Source: an uncultured bacterium (GTDB lineage Bacteria > AUK180). From it: 64,000 bases of DNA. The DNA lies in the NCBI GenBank assembly GCA_937863565.1, contig CALMGJ010000011.1, positions 124,001 through 188,000 of the forward strand, written 5' to 3'. The position numbers were made by a program, and so were the translations under genes. Under the pieces are notes generated by a model, which ran no database searches, was not told where the DNA came from, and was given only the letters and a program-made list of their open reading frames with translations. Positions within the stretch are counted from its first letter, which is position 1; the number at the start of each line of letters is the position of its first letter. Below, in pieces: positions 34,194-44,461 of this stretch.

Positions 34194-35118
34194 TAAGATA
34201 TTCATCAAAAACACGCAAATATTCTTCTTTCGTCTGGGCTTTGAAGATCTGCTCCCTCAGCCGGTGAGAATATATCTCGCCTTTAAAAAGCACCGCAAGG
34301 TGTTTTCTCAGTTCCAGCATCGAACACTCCAGGGGATAAAGCGGATAGTAGCATATCAGTTTTCTCGCAAATTCGATCTTCTGATCAAGCCCCGGCGTGA
34401 TGCCCTCCCATAAGAAGGGGTTTTCCAGGATGCCTCGGGCAAGCATTATACCGTCAGGATCATAACGATCTTTCACTTCGATCAACTTCATTCTGTCCAA
34501 AATACCGCCGTTAAGATATGTGAAAACGCCAAGCTCCTTTTTAAATTCGTTATACAATTCGAAATGCGGTTCTCCCGCAAAGCCTTCTTTCACCGTTCTG
34601 AAGTGTATCGTGACGAAATCAAGGCCGAAGGGGATGAGCGTTTTCAGACCTTCCAGGGTTTTATCTTTTTCCGAAAGATCCCATCCGATCCTTGTTTTCA
34701 CGGAAAGAGACCCGTTCCAAACGGAGCGGATCTCTTCAAGAATGAACCGCGCTTCATCCATTCTCTCCAAAAGCCGTGCGCCGCCGCCGCTGCCGGTCAC
34801 CTGCTTTGCCGGGCAGCCCATGTTGAGGTCCAAATGGTCAAAACGGAACCTGTTTTTGAGAAGAAACACGGATTCCCTGAATTTCCCTTTCGAATATCCC
34901 CCAAAAAGCTGTATGCCGATCGGGGATTCTTTTTCGATGCTCACGGCTTTTTTGATCCTTTTGGCAAGTATCTCAAAGGGATTCATCATTTCGGTGAAAT
35001 AGAGGCCCTTGAAGCCGATATCGCGGAGAGCCCGTCTGAAGGGCCTGCGCGTATATCCGCACAACGGGGCGATCACGATATCAGAGTAATTTTCTATAAT
35101 CTGCGCGTGAGAATACAT
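34189..35118 (-). CDS. dus: tRNA-dihydrouridine synthase
   Basis: IAPL.GYT..PFR, QLFG, LNMGCP, GGGARLL, SVKTRIG; start probably MYSHAQ. Confidence 0.9.
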   Translation of the reverse strand: MYSHAQIIENYSDIVIAPLCGYTRRPFRRALRDIGFKGLYFTEMMNPFEILAKRIKKAVSIEKESPIGIQLFGGYSKGKFRESVFLLKNRFRFDHLDLNMGCPAKQVTGSGGGARLLERMDEARFILEEIRSVWNGSLSVKTRIGWDLSEKDKTLEGLKTLIPFGLDFVTIHFRTVKEGFAGEPHFELYNEFKKELGVFTYLNGGILDRMKLIEVKDRYDPDGIMLARGILENPFLWEGITPGLDQKIEFARKLICYYPLYPLECSMLELRKHLAVLFKGEIYSHRLREQIFKAQTKEEYLRVFDEYLK

Positions 35119-36088
35119 CTTCGTTCTTATAGGTCTTTCCCTTTTCCAGCATCGCGCTTCCAAGCCCGGCTATCATGGCGGCATTATCCGTGCAGTATGC
35201 GGCCGGAGGGAAATAGACCTCCGTTCCCGTATCATGCCCGAAATCGGCGGCCCTTCTCCTCAAATAGGAGTTCGCCGCAACGCCGCCGCCGAAAACTACC
35301 TGGGGAAGGGGTTCTTTTTTCATCAGAGATTCAAGAGATGCGAAGAAAATATCAAAGACCGCTTTCTGGTATGCCGCTGCAAGATCGGTCACATCCGGTT
35401 TTTCTCCCGTTTTCGCAGTAAGAATATGGAAAGCGGCTGTTTTGATACCGCTATAAGAGAAATCATTGCTCCCGTCTTTGAGCTTAACGCGTGGGAATTC
35501 TATTTTCCGCGGATCTCCCTTTTCGGCAAGGTCTTCTATCGCCTTGCCTCCGGGGTAACCGAGTTTTAAAAAATGTGCTATCTTGTCCAGCGCTTCGCCG
35601 GCGGCATCATCCCTCGTTTTTGCTTTGACCGAGTATTCCAGTTCACCGTCGGCACGGATAATGAAGGTGTGTCCGCCCGAAATAAGTGCCGAATAATGGG
35701 GATATTTTATCCTGTCTCCGAATATCATCCTGGGCATGAAGATATGCGCGTGTATGTGGTTGACGGGGATGAGGGGTATTCCCAGCGCCGCCGCTACGCC
35801 TTTAGCGAACATGAACCCCACAAGAAGCGATCCCACAAGACCCGGACCGTTCGCGACCGCTACGCCGTTTATCTCACAGGCCGTGATCCCCGCTTTACGG
35901 AGAGCGGATTCATAAATGAGCCCGATCTTTTCCGCATGATGCCTGGCGGCGAATTCGGGAACGACGCCGCCGAAGGGTCCGTGTATCTCATCCTGGAACT
36001 CAACGGTATTAGAAAGTATTTCATGCGTATCTTTAACGACGGAGGCGCCCGTTTCATCGCATGATGTCTCTATGCCGAGGATCATCAT
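35081..36088 (-). CDS. tsaD: tRNA N6-adenosine threonylcarbamoyltransferase
   Basis: LGIETSCDET, GGVVPE, NHIHAH, SGGHT, DDAAGEA.DK, CTDNAAMI. Confidence 0.97.
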   Translation of the reverse strand: MMILGIETSCDETGASVVKDTHEILSNTVEFQDEIHGPFGGVVPEFAARHHAEKIGLIYESALRKAGITACEINGVAVANGPGLVGSLLVGFMFAKGVAAALGIPLIPVNHIHAHIFMPRMIFGDRIKYPHYSALISGGHTFIIRADGELEYSVKAKTRDDAAGEALDKIAHFLKLGYPGGKAIEDLAEKGDPRKIEFPRVKLKDGSNDFSYSGIKTAAFHILTAKTGEKPDVTDLAAAYQKAVFDIFFASLESLMKKEPLPQVVFGGGVAANSYLRRRAADFGHDTGTEVYFPPAAYCTDNAAMIAGLGSAMLEKGKTYKNEDVFSRADYRKLL

Positions 36089-37458
36089 CAGTCTTCCTCA
36101 ATTTCAGACATCATCTTCTTGAGTTTATCGGGAAGCTCTTTTGTTCCGTTCTTATTGAGAGATGCTTCGTTCTCTATGATATAACTTACCGGAACGATGC
36201 GGATACCAAGGGCATTGATCTCGTCGAACGCTTTTTCAAGGACCTTGAGAGTGCTTTCCTTGAAGTGGCAGATCCCCACGGCATATCCCTTAAGATAGGC
36301 GATGCGGAAAAGATTATGGAATTGCCCTATGATATATGCTTCTTTTGCTTCATTGTCGAGGAACACGTCCCTCTTTATTGCCGGCACGCCCAGGGCTTTT
36401 GCCGTCTCATAGGCTATGCTTTTCGAGCTTGTTCTGCTGTCCACAAAGAACAGCCCTCTTTCCCTTGCATACTTCATTACCCTGGCCATCAGTTCGGGGG
36501 CGGCCGTTGCCTTCGAACCTTTATGATTATTGAAACCCGTGGCGGCATTCACCATATGAAAATTTTCTCCGAGCACTTTTGCAAGAGCGGCGGGTTCATC
36601 GGAGGAACGCAGCATGCCTTTTTCCTTTGCCTGCAACAGGTCTTCCGGCTCGAACGGCTGATGCAGGATGATCTCGTTCCCGTTATTTGTCGCGAATTCC
36701 ACGGTCTCGCCGCAATAAGGCGTATACGGCATCACGGCCAGCACCAGGTTCTCTTTTCCCTTCAAGTAATGGAGCTTCTCCGGCGGAAGATAGCCGCAGT
36801 CGTCGATAATGACCGCAATAACAGGGCCTTCTCCTTCAATCGGGGTTTTTATTTTCCGGAATACGGAAACGAAATGCGTGACCTCATCGTAAATGGAAAC
36901 ATAGAAAGTGATGATCTCCTTGTCCCTTATCAGGTACGTATGAGCATCCTCTATGCGGCCGCCGCTTTCCGAAATCACGGCTTTGAGCTTTGCGGTGAAC
37001 CCCGGCAGATCGCCTTCCTGAGGGACTTCGAAAGACCATGTAGTGTAGAGAAATCTTTTTTCGCCTTCTTTTTTCTCCTCGTTGAGTTCTTCGACCCTGT
37101 CGCGGGAAAATCCCTCCCCGTGAAGGAAGCGGTGTATATTTCCGTTTATTATGAGCGAACCTTTGTAGTAATCGAAATGATCTCCGGGTGCCGAGCGTCC
37201 CGTTTCAGGGACCTTCGGTTTCGCTTTAGCCGGAGCAGGTGAAACAGGGGCGGGGATCTGCGGCAAAGGCATCTGGGGGACATTTTCTATTTTCGGCGGT
37301 TTTTTAAAGAGCGCGCCGAGGTCTATCCGTATCCTTCCTATGTTCTTGGGAAGGAAATATATCAGAAGGGCCGCCACAACTATCGTTATCAGATAGGGTG
37401 CTATATTCTGCTTTTTCCCGGGTTTGCTTTTCTTCTTCAGCTTCCTTTGCTTTGCCAT
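36088..37458 (-). CDS. Divergent polysaccharide deacetylase (YibQ-like), membrane-anchored
   Basis: IAVIIDDCG, LHQPFEP, NNHKGS, FVDSRT, RDVFLDN, GICH. Confidence 0.9.
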   Translation of the reverse strand: MAKQRKLKKKSKPGKKQNIAPYLITIVVAALLIYFLPKNIGRIRIDLGALFKKPPKIENVPQMPLPQIPAPVSPAPAKAKPKVPETGRSAPGDHFDYYKGSLIINGNIHRFLHGEGFSRDRVEELNEEKKEGEKRFLYTTWSFEVPQEGDLPGFTAKLKAVISESGGRIEDAHTYLIRDKEIITFYVSIYDEVTHFVSVFRKIKTPIEGEGPVIAVIIDDCGYLPPEKLHYLKGKENLVLAVMPYTPYCGETVEFATNNGNEIILHQPFEPEDLLQAKEKGMLRSSDEPAALAKVLGENFHMVNAATGFNNHKGSKATAAPELMARVMKYARERGLFFVDSRTSSKSIAYETAKALGVPAIKRDVFLDNEAKEAYIIGQFHNLFRIAYLKGYAVGICHFKESTLKVLEKAFDEINALGIRIVPVSYIIENEASLNKNGTKELPDKLKKMMSEIEED

Positions 37459-38870
37459 ATGATCGTTTTAAGAGAATTGAAGGCGTTCTTGAGCTGGGCG
37501 TCCATTACCGGATCTATTATATCGGTGGAAAGTTTGCGTTTCTCAAGCCCTTTTATAACAAGGAGACGGAGGAGTTCCTTCGAAACCGAAAGGTTATTCC
37601 CTTTGAGTTTATTCTCCAGCATGATGATATTCACGGGGTTGAGCGAATAGGTCTCAAGGTCCAGTTTATCGTATCCTTCGTTCGTTTTCTCGAAACTCGT
37701 ATCCATTTTTTCCCTTGATTTTATCCGGAGCTCCATATCGCCCAGATAATCGTCGATGAATTTCCCCGATTCGATCTTCTCCATAGATGTCAGCTCGGTA
37801 TCGGTATAGTAGGTCTGCCGTACGAGAAGGTCGGGGGAGATGCCTACTCCGTGAATGCATTCGTCTACCGGTGTATAGTATTTTGCGATCGTTATCTTGA
37901 TCGCCGAACCGTCCGACAGCGGGAAGATCCTCTGCACGGAACCCTTTCCGAAACTCTTCTCCCCGATGATAATGGCCCGTTTATTGTCTCTGAGCGCACC
38001 GGCTACGATCTCGGATGCCGAGGCCGAACCTTCATTGATCATCAAAACAATGGGTTTTGTTTCCATTACGGGCTTCGCCATTGCATAGTATGTGATGTTC
38101 TCCTGCGAATATCTTCCCTTCACGCTGACTATCTTCGTGCCCTTGGGAAGGAAGAGGTTCGATACATCGATCGCGGATTGCAGAAGTCCGCCGGGATTAT
38201 TCCTAAGATCGATGATATATCCCATGGGATCGGATTTCTCCATTTCTTTGATCGCATCGGCGATCTCCTTATGCGAATTCTGTTTGAAGTCGGTGAGGCG
38301 GAGGTACCCGATCTTGTCATATACGACATATTTCACGCTTTTTACTTTAATGATCTCTCTTTTAATATTGTATTCCTTGAGCTCCTGTGTCGCCTCCCTG
38401 TACATAGTTACCTTTACAGTGGTGCCGGGTTCGCCGCGGAGCATATCAACGGCCATTTCAAGATTCATATTCGCCGTTTCCATCCCGTCGATCTTCAGTA
38501 TCTGATCTCCGGATTTTATCCCCAGCTTATAGCTCGGCGTATCCTCCATGGGAGCGACACATGTAAGGATATTGTTCTTCACGCTGACCACCATGCCCAC
38601 GCCGCCATATTCCCCGGCGGAATTTCTCTGAAGGTCCTGATAGCCTTTCGGCTCGAGGAATGCAGAGTGCGGGTCCAGGCCGGACATCAGTCCTTCGATC
38701 GCGGAATAGATGAGCTCTTTGAACTCGATATCCGTGATATAGTTGTCCTTTACATTGACGAGGGCTTCATAGAAAAGTTTTATGTCCTTTTCGTAATCCG
38801 CTTTAGATTTGGCCGGGAAGATCCCCGCGGCCAAGAGAAGCACAAGGATCAAAATGATCTTCTTTTTCAT
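37437..38870 (-). CDS. ctpA: S41 carboxyl-terminal processing protease
   Basis: Signal peptide, LDPHS, PDZ domain, DLRNNPGG, SASASEI, FGKGSVQ. Confidence 0.95.
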   Translation of the reverse strand: MKKKIILILVLLLAAGIFPAKSKADYEKDIKLFYEALVNVKDNYITDIEFKELIYSAIEGLMSGLDPHSAFLEPKGYQDLQRNSAGEYGGVGMVVSVKNNILTCVAPMEDTPSYKLGIKSGDQILKIDGMETANMNLEMAVDMLRGEPGTTVKVTMYREATQELKEYNIKREIIKVKSVKYVVYDKIGYLRLTDFKQNSHKEIADAIKEMEKSDPMGYIIDLRNNPGGLLQSAIDVSNLFLPKGTKIVSVKGRYSQENITYYAMAKPVMETKPIVLMINEGSASASEIVAGALRDNKRAIIIGEKSFGKGSVQRIFPLSDGSAIKITIAKYYTPVDECIHGVGISPDLLVRQTYYTDTELTSMEKIESGKFIDDYLGDMELRIKSREKMDTSFEKTNEGYDKLDLETYSLNPVNIIMLENKLKGNNLSVSKELLRLLVIKGLEKRKLSTDIIDPVMDAQLKNAFNSLKTIIWQSKGS

Positions 38871-38873
38871 ATT

Positions 38874-40052
38874 CTACCTCTTAATGATAAGTTCGGGGTC
38901 AACGGGTTCTCCGTTGAGCCATGTACTCATATAAAGAACCTTACGGCCGTTCTCGTTCTCCGAAATGCGGCCGATAACATCGTTCTTTTTTATATTCTTT
39001 CCTTTTTCAACGTATATCTCTTCAAAGTTCGCGAACACAACGGAAAGGTTCTCGTCTATATTGATGATAACGACATTCCCTTTCCCCTTTATCCATTCGG
39101 CGAAAATGACGGCGCCCCCGACGGGCGAGGGAAGGTCTTCGGAAGCTGCGGCGAATTCAATCCCGTCATGGTTGATCGTGATCTGGTACTCCTCATTGCG
39201 CGTTTTGCCGAATTTCGTCACGATCTGTCCGGGCAGAGGGAATGTTATAGTCCCCATATAGCGTTTAAGAAGTGCGGGCAGTTCACTCTTATCCGTTTTT
39301 TTCTGTTCCTTTCTCGCCATTTCCTGTCTGATGAGGTCCTTGATCTTATCGCTTGTGGTCTTTTTCTCTTTTTCAAGTTTTTCCAGATAGGCCCGGTATC
39401 CGCTTTTTTTCTTTTTCAACCCTTCGAGATATGTTTTTTTGAGTTTCTTTTCCGATTCGATCTTCTTTCTGTTAAGTTCCAGGAGCGTACTTACCTTCTC
39501 GGCCTGGTTCATCCTGATAAGATACTCGCTCTGCCTTTTCCCGAGATTTTCCTTCTCCGTAAGTATGCCCCTTATGAACTCTTCGTTCTTCTTGTTGAGC
39601 TTATTGAAGATTCCATATCTGAAAAGCGAATACTTCGCGTCTTCCGACGAAAGAAGCGCGAGAAGATTGTTCTTGCTCCTTCTTGTCGCCAGATATTTAA
39701 TAATGGCTTTTTTAACATTCCCGGCATTCCCCCGGAAACTGTTCTCGAGAGCTTCGATCTTCTTTTCCAGTATTCTCATGCTCGCGCTTAACGAAGAGAG
39801 CTCCCTTTCGTTTTTCTGTTTTTCTCTTTCCGAGGAGTTCAGCTTTTCGTCTATCTTCTCGATGTCCAGAAGCGTTATATTCTCTCTTTTGGACGCCTCC
39901 TCTATATACTTCTTATTTTTATTGATCTCGTTCTCTATGTCCTGAAGTTTTTTCTTATGGTCATCTATCTCCGATGCAGAAAGGATCAGCGCGGCGACCA
40001 GAAGAAGCGTTACTTTATATAGACTTTTGCGGAAATGATCGAACCGAGACAT
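38874..40052 (-). CDS. envC: EnvC-like coiled-coil protein with degenerate M23/LytM domain
   Basis: Long coiled coil; LytM domain with non-canonical zinc motifs (HDGIEF, VFANF, LYMS); follows ftsEX. Confidence 0.85.
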   Translation of the reverse strand: MSRFDHFRKSLYKVTLLLVAALILSASEIDDHKKKLQDIENEINKNKKYIEEASKRENITLLDIEKIDEKLNSSEREKQKNERELSSLSASMRILEKKIEALENSFRGNAGNVKKAIIKYLATRRSKNNLLALLSSEDAKYSLFRYGIFNKLNKKNEEFIRGILTEKENLGKRQSEYLIRMNQAEKVSTLLELNRKKIESEKKLKKTYLEGLKKKKSGYRAYLEKLEKEKKTTSDKIKDLIRQEMARKEQKKTDKSELPALLKRYMGTITFPLPGQIVTKFGKTRNEEYQITINHDGIEFAAASEDLPSPVGGAVIFAEWIKGKGNVVIINIDENLSVVFANFEEIYVEKGKNIKKNDVIGRISENENGRKVLYMSTWLNGEPVDPELIIKR

Positions 40053-40876
40053 CCGAATCCGCCTCCTATAAGTATCAGCGAAGCACTTTGAGCCACAGTC
40101 AGAAGTTTAATACTCGAGAAGAACTTCGAAGGGAATATGGAATCCCTGAAAATGAGGATCACAATAAAAAGAAGGGCCGCGAGAGTGCCTCCGGCAAGGC
40201 CCTTCAGTATGCCTTCGACCATGAACGGCACGCGGATGAACGATTCCGTTGCGCCGATCAGTCTTTTGAGTACGATCTCCTGTTCTTTGGCGAAGACCGA
40301 AAGCCTGATCGCATTACCCACTATCAGGATGACCAGTATCGAGAAAATGATGAATATGATATGGCCCATTTTGTCTATATAAAGGAGTATATCGGATATA
40401 CTGCTCTGAAGCAGTCCGGTATCTATGGACGGATCATCTATGTATTTATCATGAACCGCCTTTATGTCTTCGGTAGTCACCGAGCCCCCGGTGAAAACCG
40501 CGATCGATTCCGGGATGATCTCCTTTCCGTAGATATCCACCAGACCCTTTATCGTTTCATCCTCCTCAATGAGTGTATACGCGTCATTCCGGTCATAGAA
40601 TTCCACTTTAAGCACATTGGGCGTCTGTCTCATCTTGTATATCAGCTCCTCCTTCTCCGCAAGGGCGCAATTGTCCTTGAGAAAGAATATGATGGCGGGA
40701 GAATCGCTGATGTTCCCGATGATCGCCCTCAGGGTATTGGAAAGAGAGAACATGATGCCGATAATGAAGATTGAGACGGTGATCAGCGTTACGGATATAA
40801 AAGTAACGGATGAATTCCGTTGTATATTTTTTATTCCTTCCTTGAAGAAAAAATCGAAATAGTTAAACGTTTTCAA
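40010..40876 (-). CDS. ftsX: Cell division permease FtsX
   Basis: NAIRLSVFA..EI..RLIGAT..FIRVPFMVEG. Confidence 0.93.
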   Translation of the reverse strand: MKTFNYFDFFFKEGIKNIQRNSSVTFISVTLITVSIFIIGIMFSLSNTLRAIIGNISDSPAIIFFLKDNCALAEKEELIYKMRQTPNVLKVEFYDRNDAYTLIEEDETIKGLVDIYGKEIIPESIAVFTGGSVTTEDIKAVHDKYIDDPSIDTGLLQSSISDILLYIDKMGHIIFIIFSILVILIVGNAIRLSVFAKEQEIVLKRLIGATESFIRVPFMVEGILKGLAGGTLAALLFIVILIFRDSIFPSKFFSSIKLLTVAQSASLILIGGGFGCLGSIISAKVYIK

Positions 40877-41525
40877 TCAATTCTCCGCTTTTGATGATTA
40901 TCTTCTTATGGTTGCTCACGATCTCCGTTATCTTCTCGTTGTGCGTGGCCACGATCACCGTCATGCCCAGCATATTGAGCTCTTTGAATTCATTTATAAT
41001 ATCCCTGCTTATATCGTCGTCGAGGTTGCCCGTCGGTTCGTCCGCGATCAGTATGAGCGGAGAATTGACTATGGCGCGCGCAATGGCAACGCGCTGTTGT
41101 TCGCCGCCGGAGAGGTGATGGGGGTGCAGGTGTTCCTTCCCTTCAAGCCGAAGAAGCCTCAATGCTTCCGTGATCTTCTTCGGAATGAAACCCGGCCTCT
41201 GATAAACTGAGACCATGGCGAATTCTATGTTCTCATACACCGTTCTGTCATAGAGGAGTTTGAAGTCCTGAAACACAATACCGATCTTCCTTCTGAAGAA
41301 CGGTATCTGCTTTTCGTTAAGTTTCCGTATATCCTTCCCGTTGACCGTCACAAAGCCCGATGTAGGCAGAAGATCGCGGTAGATGAGCCGAAGAAAGGTC
41401 GTTTTCCCTGCGCCGGAGGGGCCCAGAAGAAAAGCGAAATCCCCGTTCTCTATGTGAACATTGATGTTCCTCAGAGCGAATATATCGCGCTCGAATATTA
41501 CCGATGCGTTCTCGAATCTTATCAT
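40863..41525 (-). CDS. ftsE: Cell division ATP-binding protein FtsE
   Basis: GPSGAGKTT, RRKIGIVFQDFKLL, LSGGEQQR, ADEPTGNLD. Confidence 0.96.
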   Translation of the reverse strand: MIRFENASVIFERDIFALRNINVHIENGDFAFLLGPSGAGKTTFLRLIYRDLLPTSGFVTVNGKDIRKLNEKQIPFFRRKIGIVFQDFKLLYDRTVYENIEFAMVSVYQRPGFIPKKITEALRLLRLEGKEHLHPHHLSGGEQQRVAIARAIVNSPLILIADEPTGNLDDDISRDIINEFKELNMLGMTVIVATHNEKITEIVSNHKKIIIKSGELIENV

Positions 41526-41542
41526 CCGTTATCCGTTTATCC

Positions 41543-41890
41543 TTATTCGGGCATTACCGGTATGATGCAGAGGAATTTAAAATCCGCGGCGCCGCGGTTC
41601 CGGAATTGATGGAGTGCCATGGGCGGAACATATGCGAAATCCCCGGGTTTGAGCGGAAGGTCGCCTTCCTCGGTCGCCAGCATCCCCTCTCCTTCGAGAG
41701 CGAATATCTCGTGTTCCCAGTTATGCGAGTGTTCAGGCGTAAAACCGTCTTTTTTCAGAACGAACATCCTCAGGGCGAATTTATCCGCTCCGTCTTTTTT
41801 CGCGATCAGCCATCTGATCGTGGCGTTTTTTGCTCCCGCTACATCGACCTTCTCTTCGGTCACTTCCGTAAAATGCTTCTTTACGACCAT
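41543..41890 (-). CDS. Cupin domain protein
   Basis: HSHNWEHE...HQF cupin motifs. Confidence 0.9.
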   Translation of the reverse strand: MVVKKHFTEVTEEKVDVAGAKNATIRWLIAKKDGADKFALRMFVLKKDGFTPEHSHNWEHEIFALEGEGMLATEEGDLPLKPGDFAYVPPMALHQFRNRGAADFKFLCIIPVMPE

Positions 41891-41908
41891 TTTAACCTCC
41901 GATTTATT

Positions 41909-41937
41909 ATTATATGAAAAATTACATTATTTATCAA
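41909..41937 (-). promoter_or_regulatory. Sigma70-type promoter TTGATA-N17-TATAAT
   Basis: Near-consensus; heads the cupin-ftsEX operon. Confidence 0.65.
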
Positions 41938-42302
41938 ACATTGATGTCTTGTTTCCAATATCGGTGATTATTGGTATTTTCATCGTAGTTATTAAATTAC
42001 CTTCTTGGCAAAGAGGAATCTTTTGATGATAAATATAAAGTTGTCATTGGGATTATTCTCTCTCTATTACCCTTATCCGCAAGAATCGTTTTCATTCGCA
42101 TTATTCCGATATTCTCCGTCCCGTTGGTGGGTTAAAGGCCATTTGAGCTGATCATAAAAATCCGGCTCTCGAAGAGCACTTTGCAAAGGCAGTGTGAAAC
42201 AAACAGATCGAGCTTTATCTTCGGTGTTTCGATCCTGGATCAATAATCCGGTTCTTCATGGAATTAATAATTTGTTTGTAAAATACAAAGACCGGGGATT
42301 TT

Positions 42303-43304
42303 TTAATCGTTCTTTCGTTCTTCGATCATTTTATTAAAAAACATTTTGTTGTTTCTCCAAAAATCAGGGAAGTTATCGTAGATCACCTTTGCATCTTTTT
42401 TAAAGAACTTCTTCATTATCTTAAAGATCGTCTTATTTGAGAAATGTTCGAAATCATATTTGTCTTTCGACATTTCCGCAATCAATTTTTTCACATTTGT
42501 CTCAATGTCGGGATATAGCAGGTAATACATCGCAAGACAAACCGCATCATAATATTCTCTTCCGATATCCGTCATCATCGTATCGCATTTTTCTATCGCC
42601 TCCGGCGGAGACATTCCCTTTTCTATCAATTCATTGATCTTGTCTATGACGCTCGGATCATTGTACGAAAATTTATGGAGATCGATCTTTTCATAGTTGT
42701 TTATTACACCTTCAAAATAGTATTCGTAAGGGTCGTCGAATCCGGGCCATTCCGCATTGTTCATGAGCCCTGCGATCCGGGTGCTTATCAGTTCCGTCAA
42801 TCCGTCAAAGAACCATCTTGTCGTATAATTGATATCTGTTGAATGTAATTTTTTGCTATCCTTAGCCAAAGTCATCATCAACAAGTACTCTACGATCTCA
42901 TGAGTAAAACTTTGATGTTGTAGTTTGCAGTATTTTCCTTCGCGCAGAACGAAATATTCCGTTTCTGATATATATTTATTTTCACCTATCTTTTTCGAAA
43001 ATGGATAATTTCCGGTAGTGACTAGGAGAATTTCCGTCCCGGCAAAGAAGGACCGGTGAATATCCTTATATGATAATTTGGGAAAAAGGCTTGTTACTTC
43101 GCTGTATATCGTCATGATATTCCCGAAGAATGCTAATTCATATTCCGCATTCCCGGTATTTTCCGGGTAGAATGATATCGATATCCTGTCCTCGTTCATT
43201 TGAATGTACTTTTCATTTGGCAATGATCTCAAGGTGAATTTAGACGCCGAGGCAGACAGAAGAAAAAGAAACATGTAAACTGTTATCACTCCCTGTTTCA
43301 TCAT
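42303..43304 (-). CDS. Secreted hypothetical protein with zincin (peptidase MA)-like motifs
   Basis: Signal peptide; THEIVEY...RWFFDGLTE...YY; GGGAGG RBS. Confidence 0.7.
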   Translation of the reverse strand: MMKQGVITVYMFLFLLSASASKFTLRSLPNEKYIQMNEDRISISFYPENTGNAEYELAFFGNIMTIYSEVTSLFPKLSYKDIHRSFFAGTEILLVTTGNYPFSKKIGENKYISETEYFVLREGKYCKLQHQSFTHEIVEYLLMMTLAKDSKKLHSTDINYTTRWFFDGLTELISTRIAGLMNNAEWPGFDDPYEYYFEGVINNYEKIDLHKFSYNDPSVIDKINELIEKGMSPPEAIEKCDTMMTDIGREYYDAVCLAMYYLLYPDIETNVKKLIAEMSKDKYDFEHFSNKTIFKIMKKFFKKDAKVIYDNFPDFWRNNKMFFNKMIEERKND

Positions 43305-43337
43305 TAACCTCCCAATAAGGACCTATTGTCTAATTTA

Positions 43338-44042
43338 TTATAGTATTATGCAATCTTTGACATAAAATACCGTTACCCGGCCGCCGTATTCATCTACATA
43401 TTCTTTTTTAATTGTCGTGCAGCCGCCTGTACATACCTTATCGGGACAGTGCCCGGCATCATACTTAGTAGCTGTAATAACTGTATTTTGAATTTTATTG
43501 GTGTAATTATCTTCATTTAAAATGCCCATTTCCCACATCCACCACCTGAAACAGGGATTATGGTTCGCCATATTGATGATCTGTTTTTCATTGTCATTTT
43601 CAAAGATCAGGTCAACCCAGGTATTAACAGCCTCGAAATCCCCGTTGAAACACCGGTCATTACCAAGATCGACAATACCGCAATTCGGGCCCTTTGTGTG
43701 CTCATCCGCTGAATATGTTTTTTCCGATACGAGCACGGCGATCCCTGCTTTAATGTCCCTTGCCAGTTTTTGAGCGAACCATGTTTTAAAACATTTATCT
43801 TTCCTCAGCAATTCATTGAATTCGCCGCAGCAGCAGTTTAATTCCGCCATTTTCTCTTCGGCGTATGCTTCGAGTTCTTCAAATGTCCAACCGGAACAAT
43901 CGCCCTCTCCGGAAGCAAGCGAAAGAACGGCCATCTTTCCCTCTGCGGGTACTGTCGGCATCTCGGCCTGTTCCGAGCATCCCAAGAACAGTACGAATAC
44001 CGCACATATGACCAAGACAAATAATTTGAAAGACCTCTTCAT
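43338..44042 (-). CDS. Cysteine-rich hypothetical lipoprotein
   Basis: Lipobox FLGC; 12 further Cys; AAGGAGG RBS. Confidence 0.8.
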   Translation of the reverse strand: MKRSFKLFVLVICAVFVLFLGCSEQAEMPTVPAEGKMAVLSLASGEGDCSGWTFEELEAYAEEKMAELNCCCGEFNELLRKDKCFKTWFAQKLARDIKAGIAVLVSEKTYSADEHTKGPNCGIVDLGNDRCFNGDFEAVNTWVDLIFENDNEKQIINMANHNPCFRWWMWEMGILNEDNYTNKIQNTVITATKYDAGHCPDKVCTGGCTTIKKEYVDEYGGRVTVFYVKDCIIL

Positions 44043-44212
44043 TTAAACCTCCTTTTGTTTTTTGATCGATCTTTGAAAGAGCGGATCTCTTTGTTTTTAA
44101 AAAAAATCTTTTCAAAAGGAGTTTTGTTATACGGGGCCGTCATATAAGGCCTTCGTGTATTTGTTCTTCGAAAGCAGAAGGTACAGAAAGATATTCTTTA
44201 TGAGAAGAAGAC

Positions 44213-44260
<48 letters not shown>

Positions 44261-44314
44261 TGAACCCGGTGTATCATTTCGTAAAAAGCGATTTTTCCTC
44301 TTTTCATTTATTGG

Positions 44315-44343
44315 ATTATATAACTTTGTTTTCTAAAAATCAA
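44315..44343 (-). promoter_or_regulatory. Sigma70-type promoter TTGATT-N17-TATAAT
   Basis: Points towards the lipoprotein gene. Confidence 0.55.
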
Positions 44344-44461
44344 CAGGTTTGAATTCTTTCTTTTTCAGGCTTCACTATTTCATGTCGATAATGAAGGAGA
44401 AGGCGAAAACGACGATTAATGCCCATACAAAATAAGCGGGAAGATATAAAACAACTGTATT

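Noticed and set aside
34564-37242. 285-aa and 393-aa plus-strand ORFs
   Set aside because: Antisense to dus/tsaD and the yibQ-like gene.
38874-39250. Degenerate M23 active site as a novelty or pseudogene
   Set aside because: Loss of zinc ligands is the known state of EnvC amidase activators.
37851-39791. 646-aa plus-strand ORF
   Set aside because: Antisense shadow of ctpA/envC with no recognisable motifs.
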